DNA of 32,000 nucleotides from Vibrio vulnificus CMCP6 (lineage in GTDB: Bacteria; Pseudomonadota; Gammaproteobacteria; Enterobacterales; Vibrionaceae): contig NC_004459.3 of the NCBI RefSeq assembly GCF_000039765.1, forward strand, positions 2,151,127 through 2,183,126, written 5' to 3'. Of the stretch, positions 19,276 to 27,525 are shown in pieces (positions within the stretch are counted from its first letter, which is position 1; every line of letters starts with the position of its first letter). Both the position numbers and the translations under genes were made by a program. The notes beneath the pieces were generated by a model that searched no databases, was not told the origin of the DNA, and was given only the letters and a program-made list of their open reading frames with translations.

Positions 19276-19948
19276 TATTTCTATTCTTGACCTGTTTTTA
19301 CAAGCAAGCCTACTGGTAAAACTGGTAATGTTGACTTTGCTTGGTATGTCAGTTGTGTCATGGGCCATGATCATCAAACGCAGTAAAGTGCTTTCAAAAG
19401 CAGCAAAAGATGCAGAAGAGTTTGAAGATAAATTTTGGTCAGGTATTGATCTCTCTCAGTTGTACCAACAAATCAAAGCTCGAAAAGATGAGCTTTCTGG
19501 CACCGAAGAAATTTTCTACGCGGGCTTCACCGAATTCGCGCGTTTACGCAAAACCAACCCAACATCGCCGGACTTCGTGATGGAAGGCACTGGTCGCGCC
19601 ATGCGAGTCGCGGTGTCTCGTGAAGTTGACGAGCTGGAAACGAGTTTACCATTCCTTGCTACCGTAGGTTCCATTACGCCATATATCGGTCTATTTGGTA
19701 CTGTGTGGGGTATCATGCATGCTTTCATCGCGCTTGGCGAAGTGAAACAAGCAACATTATCAATGGTGGCTCCGGGTATCGCAGAAGCGCTTATTGCGAC
19801 AGCAATGGGTCTTTTTGCCGCGATCCCTGCGGTTATGGCTTACAACCGATTTGCCAGCAAAGTGGGCAAGCTAGAGCACAACTACTCAACGTTTTCGGAA
19901 GAGTTTCATAGCATTCTGCACCGTCAGGCGATGGCAGGTAGTCAGTAA
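19265..19948 (+). CDS. tolQ: Tol-Pal system protein TolQ
   Basis: '[33 protein letters not shown]' matches the TolQ N-terminus (MotA/TolQ/ExbB family). GTG start, overlapping ybgC by 11 nt. Confidence 0.95.
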   Translation: MTADISILDLFLQASLLVKLVMLTLLGMSVVSWAMIIKRSKVLSKAAKDAEEFEDKFWSGIDLSQLYQQIKARKDELSGTEEIFYAGFTEFARLRKTNPTSPDFVMEGTGRAMRVAVSREVDELETSLPFLATVGSITPYIGLFGTVWGIMHAFIALGEVKQATLSMVAPGIAEALIATAMGLFAAIPAVMAYNRFASKVGKLEHNYSTFSEEFHSILHRQAMAGSQ

Positions 19949-20388
19949 TGGCCGGGTATCAACCAAAAAAACGTAAGATGACCGCAGAGATTAACGTCGT
20001 GCCTTATATCGACGTTATGTTAGTACTGTTGATCATCTTTATGGCAACAGCCCCGTTTGTTTCTCAGGGGGTTGACGTTGAGTTGCCAAAAACCAGTAAC
20101 GCTAAAACCATGTCGGATTTAGCGGGTGAAAGTGACAGCAGCTTTATCATCATTGAGGTCGACAGCGAGGGCAACCTAGGTCTGAGTGTAAACAATGATG
20201 AAGTGCAGCGTGGACTCTCTTTAGAAGATGTGATTGTGCGTGTGAAAGCCGAACTTTCACTAAAGCCAAATTCTCCCGTGGCAGTGGGTGGTGACGCGGC
20301 GACACCTTATGCGGAAGTCGTTTTGTTGCTAGATGAGCTGAGTAAGGCTGGCATCGAGAAAGTCGGCCTACTGACGGATATCAAATAG
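19948..20388 (+). CDS. tolR: Tol-Pal system protein TolR
   Basis: 'AEINVVPYIDVMLVLLIIFM' is the ExbD/TolR TM segment with the conserved Asp. TAATG overlap with tolQ (19946-19950). Confidence 0.95.
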   Translation: MAGYQPKKRKMTAEINVVPYIDVMLVLLIIFMATAPFVSQGVDVELPKTSNAKTMSDLAGESDSSFIIIEVDSEGNLGLSVNNDEVQRGLSLEDVIVRVKAELSLKPNSPVAVGGDAATPYAEVVLLLDELSKAGIEKVGLLTDIK

Positions 20389-20402
20389 AACCAGACGCGA
20401 TC

Positions 20403-21470
20403 ATGAGAGAAAAGAAAAGCAAACGGAATGATTACGTAGTACCGATAGCAGTATCGGCGGCTCTGCACGTTGTTTTAGTTATCGCACTTTTGTGGGGCGC
20501 GGACTTTACCATGTCTAAACCACAGCCGAGTGGGCAGATGGTCCAGGCAGTCGTCATTGACCCTAACTTAGTAAAACAGCAAGCCAATCAAATTCGTCAG
20601 CAGCGCGAATCGGCAGCAAAAAAAGAGCAAGAAAGATTAGATAAACTGCGTCGTGAAGCGGAGCAACTGGAGAAGAATCGCAAAGCGGAAGAAGATCAGT
20701 TGCGCAAGCTAAAGGAGCAACAAGCGCGTGATGCCAAAGCGGCGCGAGAAGCCGAAGAAGCGCGTAAACAGAAAGAACAAGAGAAGAAAGTCGCAGAAGA
20801 AAAAGCACGCAAAGAGAAAGAGCGTGTTGCAAAGCTTGAAGCTGAGCGAAAAACAAAAGAAGAAGCGATTAAAAAAGCGGAACAAGAACGTTTAGCGAAA
20901 GAAGCAGCCATCGCGAAAGCAGAGCAAGAACGCATCGCGAAGGAAAAAGCGGCAAAAGAGGCAGAAGAAAAAGCTCGCCGTGAAAAAGAAGCCGCCGCTA
21001 AGGCAGAGCAAGAGCGCATAGCGAAGGAAAAAGCCGCCAAAGAGGCCGCAGAAAAGGCGCGTAAGGAAAAAGAACGTTTAGAGCGTCTTGAGCGTGAACG
21101 TAAAGAACAAGAAGCCGCACTGAACGACATTTTTGCTGGGCTTGAAACTGAATCTAGCCAAAACAGCGCAGCGAGAAGCCAGCATGTTCTGGATGAAAAA
21201 AATCGTTATGGTGCTATTTACACACAACTTATTCAGCAACGCCTTCTTAAGGATGAATATTTGTTGGGAAAGTCGTGTAAGGTGAACATTAAATTGATAC
21301 CAACAGGTGTCGATGCAATCGTCAATTCGGTGAGTATTTTGGAAGGGGATACCCGAGTCTGTAACGCGGCTAAGAGCGCTATTTTGCAGGTTGGTTCCTT
21401 CCCAATGCCAGCGGATGATGCAGTGAGACAAGAGCTGCGTAATATCAATTTAACTGTTGATTTCGAATAA
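20403..21470 (+). CDS. tolA: Tol-Pal system protein TolA
   Basis: An N-terminal TM 'VPIAVSAALHVVLVIALLW', a long K/E/A-rich helical domain II, and a C-terminal globular domain. It occupies the tolA position between tolR and tolB. Confidence 0.92.
   Translation: MREKKSKRNDYVVPIAVSAALHVVLVIALLWGADFTMSKPQPSGQMVQAVVIDPNLVKQQANQIRQQRESAAKKEQERLDKLRREAEQLEKNRKAEEDQLRKLKEQQARDAKAAREAEEARKQKEQEKKVAEEKARKEKERVAKLEAERKTKEEAIKKAEQERLAKEAAIAKAEQERIAKEKAAKEAEEKARREKEAAAKAEQERIAKEKAAKEAAEKARKEKERLERLERERKEQEAALNDIFAGLETESSQNSAARSQHVLDEKNRYGAIYTQLIQQRLLKDEYLLGKSCKVNIKLIPTGVDAIVNSVSILEGDTRVCNAAKSAILQVGSFPMPADDAVRQELRNINLTVDFE
20919..21080 (+). repeat. imperfect 84-bp (28-aa) tandem duplication inside TolA domain II
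   Basis: Copy 1 starts at 20919 with GCAGAGCAAGAACGCATCGCGAAGGAAAAAGC. Copy 2 starts at 21003 with GCAGAGCAAGAGCGCATAGCGAAGGAAAAAGC. The peptide 'AKAEQERIAKEKAAKEA.EKAR.EKE' occurs twice. Confidence 0.6.
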
Positions 21471-21482
21471 AAGGACTAAGAC

Positions 21483-22832
21483 GTGAAAAAACGCCTTTTG
21501 ATGGGATTACTAGTGCTGCTAAGCAGCGTCACGAATGTAGCCAATGCGGCTTTGGAATTGATCATCACCGATGGTATCGATTCAGCAAGACCAATTGCGA
21601 TTGTTCCTTTTAAATGGCAAGGAACAAAAGCACTGCCTGTTGATATTTCGTCTGTTGTCGCGTCGGATCTTCAACGAAGTGGTAAATTCAGCCCAGTTCC
21701 TACCAGCAAGATGCCTCAAACACCTTACAACGAGTCGGAAATTAACTTCGACGCATGGACTAACTTAGGTGTGGATACCTTGCTAACGGGTTCTGTGACA
21801 CAAAATGAAAAAGGCGAATACGTCATCAACTACCAACTGGTGGATGTGGTGAGAGGCCAACTGACTAGTGGTCAAAGCCGAGCGCTGGAAGATGGCCAAT
21901 TAGTGCTGTCGAAAGATCACGTATTGTTCAATAAAGTGGCGACGATTACCGCTCCAAGAATGCGTGAGTATGCTCACCGCATTTCCGATCTGATCTACGA
22001 GCAGCTCACTGGTGAACGTGGTGCGTTTCTCACTCGCATTGCTTATGTGGTGGTGAATGATAAAGACAAATTCCCATATCAGTTACGAGTGGCAGACTAC
22101 GATGGTTTTAACGAGCGTTTAGTGCTGCGCTCAAAGCAGCCTCTCATGTCTCCTGCTTGGTCTCCTGATGGTCGTCGGCTTGCTTATGTGAGTTTCCAAA
22201 ATGGCCAAGCGGAAATCTTTGTACTGAATATTTATACCGGTGAGCATGAGAAGCTAACGTCATTCCCTCGCCACAATGGTGCGCCAAGATTCTCTCCAGA
22301 TGGCAAGAAATTAGCCATCGTATTGTCAAAAACTGGTTCGCTTCAGATCTACACTCTTGATCTGCAAACGCGTCAGCTAACACAAATAACGAGGGATAGA
22401 TCAAATAATACGGAGCCATTTTGGCATCCTGATGGCAAATCACTCATCTTTACATCGGATCGGGGTGGTAAACCCCAGATATATAGAGTAAATTTGAGCG
22501 ACGGGTCGACTAGCCGTCTTACTTGGCAAGGCAGCCAAAACCTAGGTGGGCAGATAACGCCAGATGGACGATTCTTGATTATGGTCAATCGAAGCGATTC
22601 AGGTTTTAATTTGGCTAAGCAAGATCTCGAAACCGGCGCCGTTCAGGTATTAACCAAAACGTTGTTGGACGAGTCTCCGAGTATCGCCCCGAATGGAGGT
22701 ATGGTGATTTATAGCTCCATTTACGATAAAAAAAATGTGTTGTCGATGGTTTCTATCGATGGCCGCTTTAAAGCTAGATTACCGGCAACAAATGGGCGTG
22801 TAAGAGCTCCCGCATGGTCTCCGTTTTTGTAG
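21483..22832 (+). CDS. tolB: Tol-Pal system beta-propeller protein TolB
   Basis: Signal peptide '...VTNVANA'. Repeated propeller motifs 'PAWSPDG', 'PRFSPDG', 'PFWHPDG' and 'GQITPDG'. GTG start preceded by AAGGA. Confidence 0.95.
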   Translation: MKKRLLMGLLVLLSSVTNVANAALELIITDGIDSARPIAIVPFKWQGTKALPVDISSVVASDLQRSGKFSPVPTSKMPQTPYNESEINFDAWTNLGVDTLLTGSVTQNEKGEYVINYQLVDVVRGQLTSGQSRALEDGQLVLSKDHVLFNKVATITAPRMREYAHRISDLIYEQLTGERGAFLTRIAYVVVNDKDKFPYQLRVADYDGFNERLVLRSKQPLMSPAWSPDGRRLAYVSFQNGQAEIFVLNIYTGEHEKLTSFPRHNGAPRFSPDGKKLAIVLSKTGSLQIYTLDLQTRQLTQITRDRSNNTEPFWHPDGKSLIFTSDRGGKPQIYRVNLSDGSTSRLTWQGSQNLGGQITPDGRFLIMVNRSDSGFNLAKQDLETGAVQVLTKTLLDESPSIAPNGGMVIYSSIYDKKNVLSMVSIDGRFKARLPATNGRVRAPAWSPFL

Positions 22833-22863
22833 CAACTAAGTTTGATAAACAAAGGAAAATAAG

Positions 22864-23409
22864 ATGCAACTTAATAAGGTTCTTAAAGGGCTTCTAATCG
22901 CACTACCAGTGATGGCTGTTACCGCGTGTAGCTCTAGTGATGACGCTGCGTCTAACGCAGGCACCAGCACTGAAACAAACCAAACTACTTCTGGTTCTGC
23001 GAACACAACTGACACAACAGTTGTAACGCCAATCGATCAGAATGGTCAGCTTTCTGAGCAAGAACTGAAAGAGCAAGCTCTTCGTGAAACTCAGACAATC
23101 TACTTCGCGTTTGACAATGCAACTATCTCTAGCGATTACGAAGAGATGCTAGCAGCTCACGCAGCTTACCTAAGCAAAAACGTAAACCTAAAAGTGACTA
23201 TCGAAGGTCACGCTGACGAGCGTGGTACTCCTGAGTACAACATCGCACTAGGTGAGCGTCGTGCGCAAGCTGTTGCTAAATACCTACAAGCGCTAGGTGT
23301 TCAGGCAGACCAAATTGCTATCGTAAGCTACGGTGAAGAGAAGCCTCTACTACTAGGCCAGACTGAAGAAGTCTACGCGAAAAACCGTCGCGCAGTTCTA
23401 GTATACTAA
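22864..23409 (+). CDS. pal: peptidoglycan-associated lipoprotein Pal
   Basis: Lipobox 'AVTAC'. OmpA-like C-terminal domain with '[21 protein letters not shown]' and 'NRRAVLVY'. Confidence 0.96.
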   Translation: MQLNKVLKGLLIALPVMAVTACSSSDDAASNAGTSTETNQTTSGSANTTDTTVVTPIDQNGQLSEQELKEQALRETQTIYFAFDNATISSDYEEMLAAHAAYLSKNVNLKVTIEGHADERGTPEYNIALGERRAQAVAKYLQALGVQADQIAIVSYGEEKPLLLGQTEEVYAKNRRAVLVY

Positions 23410-23424
23410 TTGAGGAATTGCCTC

Positions 23425-24207
23425 ATGTTCAGTAACACTAAGCGAGCTGTTACGCTTACGTTACTGGCAAGTGCAGCGAACCTAGCGTTCGCTGCACCAG
23501 CTCCAGTATCCGATCTCAACAGCGATTCAACGAACACTTCGGTAGCTTCCGCTACGTCCTCCTCTGCTCCGGAAACGGATGTACAGCGTCTTGAACGTTT
23601 ATTGCAAAACCGTAATCGCGTGCAATTGCAAATGCAGCAGCAAATTGATCAAATGTCGCAAGAAATTGCCGAACTTCGTGGTCAACTTGAGCGCAATAGT
23701 TACGATATGCAGCAAATGCTGGAAAGACAAAGAGAACTCTTTATTGAGCTTGATCGTGTCCGCAATGAAATCAAGACGGTAGGAACGCCAACCCAAGCAA
23801 CGGCCGTGGAAGAAGGCGGTGAGCAGGGCGTGTTTAGCTCTAATGTCGATGAGCAAACGGCCTATCAAAATGCCGTAGACCTAATTTTGAAGAAGCGGGA
23901 TTACGCTGGTGCAATTGCTGCGTTTAAGCAGTTCCAGAAAGATTTTCCCGATTCCAATTTCGCCCCTAACTCTCATTACTGGTTAGGCCAGCTTTATTTT
24001 GCTCAAAAACAAGATAAAGAAGCGGCGAAAAGTTTTGCTGCTGTCGTCTCTTATAAGGATTCAAACAAACGCGCTGATGCCCTAGTGAAACTGGGTGACA
24101 TCGCTGCACGTAATAACAATCCTGAACAGGCGAAAAAATATTATCAGCAAGCGATAGATGAACACCCAGGCAGCGCCTCTGCCAAAGTGGCAAAATCAAA
24201 ACTGTAA
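23425..24207 (+). CDS. cpoB: cell division coordinator CpoB (YbgF)
   Basis: Signal peptide 'LLASAANLAFA', a coiled-coil 'QIDQMSQEIAELRGQLERN', and a TPR-like C-terminus 'HYWLGQLYFAQK'. ATG 23425 is preceded by GAGGA (23412-23416) and is preferred over TTG 23410. Confidence 0.9.
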   Translation: MFSNTKRAVTLTLLASAANLAFAAPAPVSDLNSDSTNTSVASATSSSAPETDVQRLERLLQNRNRVQLQMQQQIDQMSQEIAELRGQLERNSYDMQQMLERQRELFIELDRVRNEIKTVGTPTQATAVEEGGEQGVFSSNVDEQTAYQNAVDLILKKRDYAGAIAAFKQFQKDFPDSNFAPNSHYWLGQLYFAQKQDKEAAKSFAAVVSYKDSNKRADALVKLGDIAARNNNPEQAKKYYQQAIDEHPGSASAKVAKSKL

Positions 24208-24210
24208 AAT

Positions 24211-24236
24211 AGGGAGCGAAAGCTCCTTATTTTTTG
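24211..24236 (+). terminator. rho-independent terminator after cpoB
   Basis: AGGGAGC (24211-24217), loop GAAA, GCTCCTT (24222-24228), then ATTTTTTG. Confidence 0.75.
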
Positions 24237-24269
24237 CTTCTCGCCTGCTGGAAACAATGCGTGCGGCTT

Positions 24270-24299
24270 TTGCATCTTACATAATCTTAAGGTTACAAT
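24270..24299 (+). promoter_or_regulatory. candidate sigma70 promoter for nadA
   Basis: TTGCAT (24270-24275), an 18-nt spacer, TACAAT (24294-24299), about 35 nt upstream of the nadA ATG. Pattern match only. Confidence 0.4.
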
Positions 24300-24334
24300 A
24301 CGCGGATTAAAGGAAGTTGCGTAGAGCAAGAGCA

Positions 24335-25396
24335 ATGAGCCACATACTAGATAAAATTGACACCGTTTACCCTTTCCCGCCGAAGCCAATTCCCCTGACT
24401 CAGGACGAGAAAGCGGCGTATATCGCCAGTATCAAACAGCTACTTAACGAGAAAGACGCGGTCTTGATCGCCCACTATTACACCGATCCTGAGATCCAAG
24501 CGCTGGCTGAAGAAACCGGTGGTTTTGTTGGTGATTCTCTTGAAATGGCTAAATTTGGTAACCGTCATCCAGCAGGTACCCTGATTATTGCGGGTGTACG
24601 CTTTATGGGTGAATCGGCAAAAATTCTAACGCCAGAAAAACGCATTCTTATGCCGACACTGGAAGCCGAATGTTCACTGGATCTTGGTTGTCCGGCAGAT
24701 AAATTCACTGAATTCTGTGATGCCCATCCTGACCACACTGTGGTGGTTTATGCCAATACTTCTGCGGCAGTAAAAGCAAGAGCGGATTGGGTTGTGACCT
24801 CAAGTATTGCTCTGGAAATTGTTGAGCATCTGGATGCTGAAGACAAACCGATCATTTGGGGGCCAGATCGCCATCTTGGTTCTTACATCGCGAACAAAAC
24901 GGGCGCAGACATGTTGCTTTGGCAAGGTGAGTGCGTTGTTCATGATGAGTTTTCTGCTGACGCCTTGCGCAAAATGAAAGCTGTGTATCCGGATGCTGCA
25001 ATCCTTGTTCATCCAGAATCTCCGGCAAGTGTTGTAGAGCTCGCCGATGCGGTGGGATCAACAAGTCAGTTGATCAAAGCGGCAAAAGAGCTGCCACAGC
25101 AGAAAATGATTGTTGCAACTGACAAAGGCATTTTCTTTAAAATGCAGCAGTTGGTACCTGAGAAAGAGCTGATAGAAGCACCAACAGCAGGTGCTGGTGC
25201 CACATGTCGCAGCTGTGCACATTGTCCGTGGATGGCAATGAATGGGTTGAAAGCGATTGAAACCGCTTTGCGCGAAGGTGGCGAACAGCACGAGATTTTC
25301 GTTGATGAAGCTCTTCGTGTTAAGTCCTTGATTCCATTAAACCGTATGTTGGACTTTGCGGAAAAGTTAAATATGCAAGTGAAAGGCAATGCATAA
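24335..25396 (+). CDS. nadA: quinolinate synthase NadA
   Basis: '[29 protein letters not shown]' is typical of NadA. The three Fe-S cluster cysteine regions are present: '[10 protein letters not shown]', 'GECVVHDEF' and '[10 protein letters not shown]'. ATG 24335 is preferred over the track start 24317. Confidence 0.95.
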   Translation: MSHILDKIDTVYPFPPKPIPLTQDEKAAYIASIKQLLNEKDAVLIAHYYTDPEIQALAEETGGFVGDSLEMAKFGNRHPAGTLIIAGVRFMGESAKILTPEKRILMPTLEAECSLDLGCPADKFTEFCDAHPDHTVVVYANTSAAVKARADWVVTSSIALEIVEHLDAEDKPIIWGPDRHLGSYIANKTGADMLLWQGECVVHDEFSADALRKMKAVYPDAAILVHPESPASVVELADAVGSTSQLIKAAKELPQQKMIVATDKGIFFKMQQLVPEKELIEAPTAGAGATCRSCAHCPWMAMNGLKAIETALREGGEQHEIFVDEALRVKSLIPLNRMLDFAEKLNMQVKGNA

Positions 25397-25423
25397 ATTT
25401 GAGTGTTTGCTCACAAAATTTTG

Positions 25424-25450
25424 AACCAGCCACCATGGCTGGTTTTTTTG
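25424..25450 (+). terminator. rho-independent terminator after nadA
   Basis: AACCAGCCA (25424-25432), loop CCA, TGGCTGGTT (25436-25444), running into a T7 tract. Confidence 0.82.
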
Positions 25451-25501
25451 TATCAAATAATTGCTTTATATTCAGCCTCTTGATGAATAAGGACGTCGAT
25501 T

Positions 25502-26542
25502 ATGTCGGTTTGGTTTCTACTCAAAAAGTGGTTTCAAGCGCATGTATTTAGCTTGAGTAATCGCAATCTGTTCATTTTGTTGGTGTGCTATGTCGCGCTG
25601 TGCTGGCTCTTGCTTGCGTGGGCAGGGGAGCAAGCACTCACTGAAAATGTCACGACATTTGTCTATTACCTGATGGTGACGGCGTCGACCGTGGGCTACG
25701 GTGATTTATCTCCGGCAACGCCACTGGGCCGTTGGGTTGTGATTCTTGTGGTGATCCCAGGTGGGTTAAGTCTGTTTGCGGCTTTGTTGGGGCGTGTGGC
25801 AAGTTCAGTGATTGATTACTGGCGAGCAGGTGTATTGGGAAAAAGGAGAGTGCGCGTGAATAACCATATTCTTTTGCTAGGTTGGAATGGACAAAGGACC
25901 GTCCACCTGATTCGTATGTTGCAACATGAAGAGGTGGGTAAGCGACCCATTGTGCTCTGTTCCCGCTCGGATATTGAAAATCCTCTCCCCGGAGAAATTG
26001 GCTTTGTGAAGGTAACCAGCTATACCGACGCGTTGGAAATGGCGAACGCGAATGTGGCGGATGCAAGCTGTATTATTGTTGATAATCAGCAAGACGATAT
26101 CACGCTTTCGGCTGCGCTTTACTGTGCCAACATTAACCCTAATGCTCATTTGTTAGCGTATTTTAAGGATGATGCACTAGGGCAACTCTTGAGTCAGCAC
26201 TGCCCTAAAGCGGAGTGCATCCCCGCCGTGGGCGCGGAAATGTTGGCCAAGGCGGCCGTTGACCCAGGGTCAAGCGCGCTTCACCAAGAGTTGCTCGCCT
26301 CTACTCGCGGCATGACGCAATACTCTGTTGAGTATCCCAAACATTTAGCGCAAACCAATGTCGACGCGCTATTTTCATTTCTAAAAAAGCATCACCAAGC
26401 AACGTTGATTGCGGTGGACGTGGGCCAAGGTATTGAGCTCAATCCGCATCTCGATCGCAAAGTGCCAAGTGGGGCAAAACTGTTTTACATTGCAGATGAA
26501 CGTATCCATTCATTCGAATGGGAAGCTATAAAGGAAAATTAA
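25502..26542 (+). CDS. 2TM potassium channel with a C-terminal RCK/TrkA-like domain
   Basis: Two hydrophobic helices flank the pore sequence 'MVTASTVGYGDLSP'. The canonical K+ selectivity filter TVGYGD is encoded at 25688-25705. A Rossmann-like segment 'HILLLGWNGQRTVHLIRML' follows, with a degenerate GxGxxG. Confidence 0.82.
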   Translation: MSVWFLLKKWFQAHVFSLSNRNLFILLVCYVALCWLLLAWAGEQALTENVTTFVYYLMVTASTVGYGDLSPATPLGRWVVILVVIPGGLSLFAALLGRVASSVIDYWRAGVLGKRRVRVNNHILLLGWNGQRTVHLIRMLQHEEVGKRPIVLCSRSDIENPLPGEIGFVKVTSYTDALEMANANVADASCIIVDNQQDDITLSAALYCANINPNAHLLAYFKDDALGQLLSQHCPKAECIPAVGAEMLAKAAVDPGSSALHQELLASTRGMTQYSVEYPKHLAQTNVDALFSFLKKHHQATLIAVDVGQGIELNPHLDRKVPSGAKLFYIADERIHSFEWEAIKEN

Positions 26543-26958
26543 TGTCTGTTTTATCAGGTCTGTTGGCGGGCTTTACCAACTTTTTACTCTATTTTTCACT
26601 CTCGATTGCTTTTGTGCTCGCATTCAAGTTCATCTATGTTCGTTTAACGCCGTACGATGAATGGAAGTTAATCAAAGAGCACAGCAATACCGCGGCAGCC
26701 ATTGCACTCAGCGGCGCTTTTTTAGGCTACTGCATTGCCATTTCAGGTGCAGCAAAAAACGCCATCAGTCTCGTGGATTTCGCTGTTTGGGGTGTCGTTG
26801 CAATGTGCGCGCAGGTGATCGCTTTTGCTATCGTTCGCTTTGTTTTAGTGCCTCGAATCACCGAACGCATCGAACGTGATGAGATCCCTGCAGGTATTAT
26901 TTCTGCGACCGTATCGATTTCCGTTGGCGTGCTGAACGCTGCGTGCATGTCTTACTAG
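26542..26958 (+). CDS. yjfL: DUF350 inner-membrane protein (YjfL-like)
   Basis: 138-aa protein with four hydrophobic segments. ATG 26542 overlaps the channel stop (TAATG) and is preceded by AAGGAAAA (26531-26538). Resemblance to E. coli YjfL is from memory. The track start 26518 was rejected. Confidence 0.78.
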   Translation: MSVLSGLLAGFTNFLLYFSLSIAFVLAFKFIYVRLTPYDEWKLIKEHSNTAAAIALSGAFLGYCIAISGAAKNAISLVDFAVWGVVAMCAQVIAFAIVRFVLVPRITERIERDEIPAGIISATVSISVGVLNAACMSY

Positions 26959-26966
26959 GAGCTGAG

Positions 26967-27524
26967 ATGAAACGCAGCTCGAATGTCAAAAAATCTTCCT
27001 TTGAGAAGATCATGCCAGCGATCCCTTATGTTCTATTCGGCGGCTTCTTTGCCTATACCGTTTACGAACCCGAGACGGAAGGGTACATCTTCAAAGATGC
27101 CGACTATTGTAAGCGCAATAACCCAGAGCTTGGTGCACAGTGTGATCTTGCTTATCAAGAAGCTCTCGCCAGAGCGGAGTATAGCGCGCCTAAATACAGC
27201 TCGTCGCAAGCTTGTCGTAGTGAGTTTAGTGACGATGAGTGCCATTACAGCTCGGTTTATCATTCGTACATCCCACGCATGAATAGTTTTTTCTACACTT
27301 CCGACACCAGTGGTTTAAAGAACAGCAGCAAATCCTTCTTTTCTGAGCCTCTTTATCGCTACAAGCATGGCTACTATTCCGGTTCTGGCGTTTCTTATGG
27401 CAGTACGTTAGGCAAAGCGGTGAACATCAATACCAGTTCACTCAAATCAAGCGGAGGAACGATTGGTAAAGTGATGTCACGTGGTGGCTTTGGCCATTCT
27501 GTATCGGTTAGTCGAGGCGGATAA
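26967..27524 (+). CDS. yjfM: DUF1190 protein (YjfM-like), N-terminal membrane anchor, C-terminus ...SRGG
   Basis: ATG 26967 is preceded by AGGAG (26957-26961). The protein begins 'MKRSSNVKKSSF...' and has an anchor 'IPYVLFGGFFAYTV'. The conserved-looking segments 'C..AYQEAL..AE..APKY.S...C' and 'RGGFG.S' resemble E. coli YjfM (from memory). Confidence 0.72.
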   Translation: MKRSSNVKKSSFEKIMPAIPYVLFGGFFAYTVYEPETEGYIFKDADYCKRNNPELGAQCDLAYQEALARAEYSAPKYSSSQACRSEFSDDECHYSSVYHSYIPRMNSFFYTSDTSGLKNSSKSFFSEPLYRYKHGYYSGSGVSYGSTLGKAVNINTSSLKSSGGTIGKVMSRGGFGHSVSVSRGG

Positions 27525-27525
27525 G

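Noticed and set aside
20563-21130. Antisense ORFs (97 aa and 144 aa, Ser/Ala/Arg/Phe-rich) opposite tolA
   Set aside because: The complement of a GAA/AAA/GCN-rich low-complexity coding region is naturally free of stop codons. The composition is a mirror image of TolA domain II, with no start context.
26983-27282. 99-aa alternative-frame ORF inside the DUF1190 gene, with 72-76-aa ORFs in other frames of the yjfL/yjfM region
   Set aside because: The annotated frames have SD-preceded starts, hydrophobic helices and homologue-like motifs. The alternative frames have none of these.
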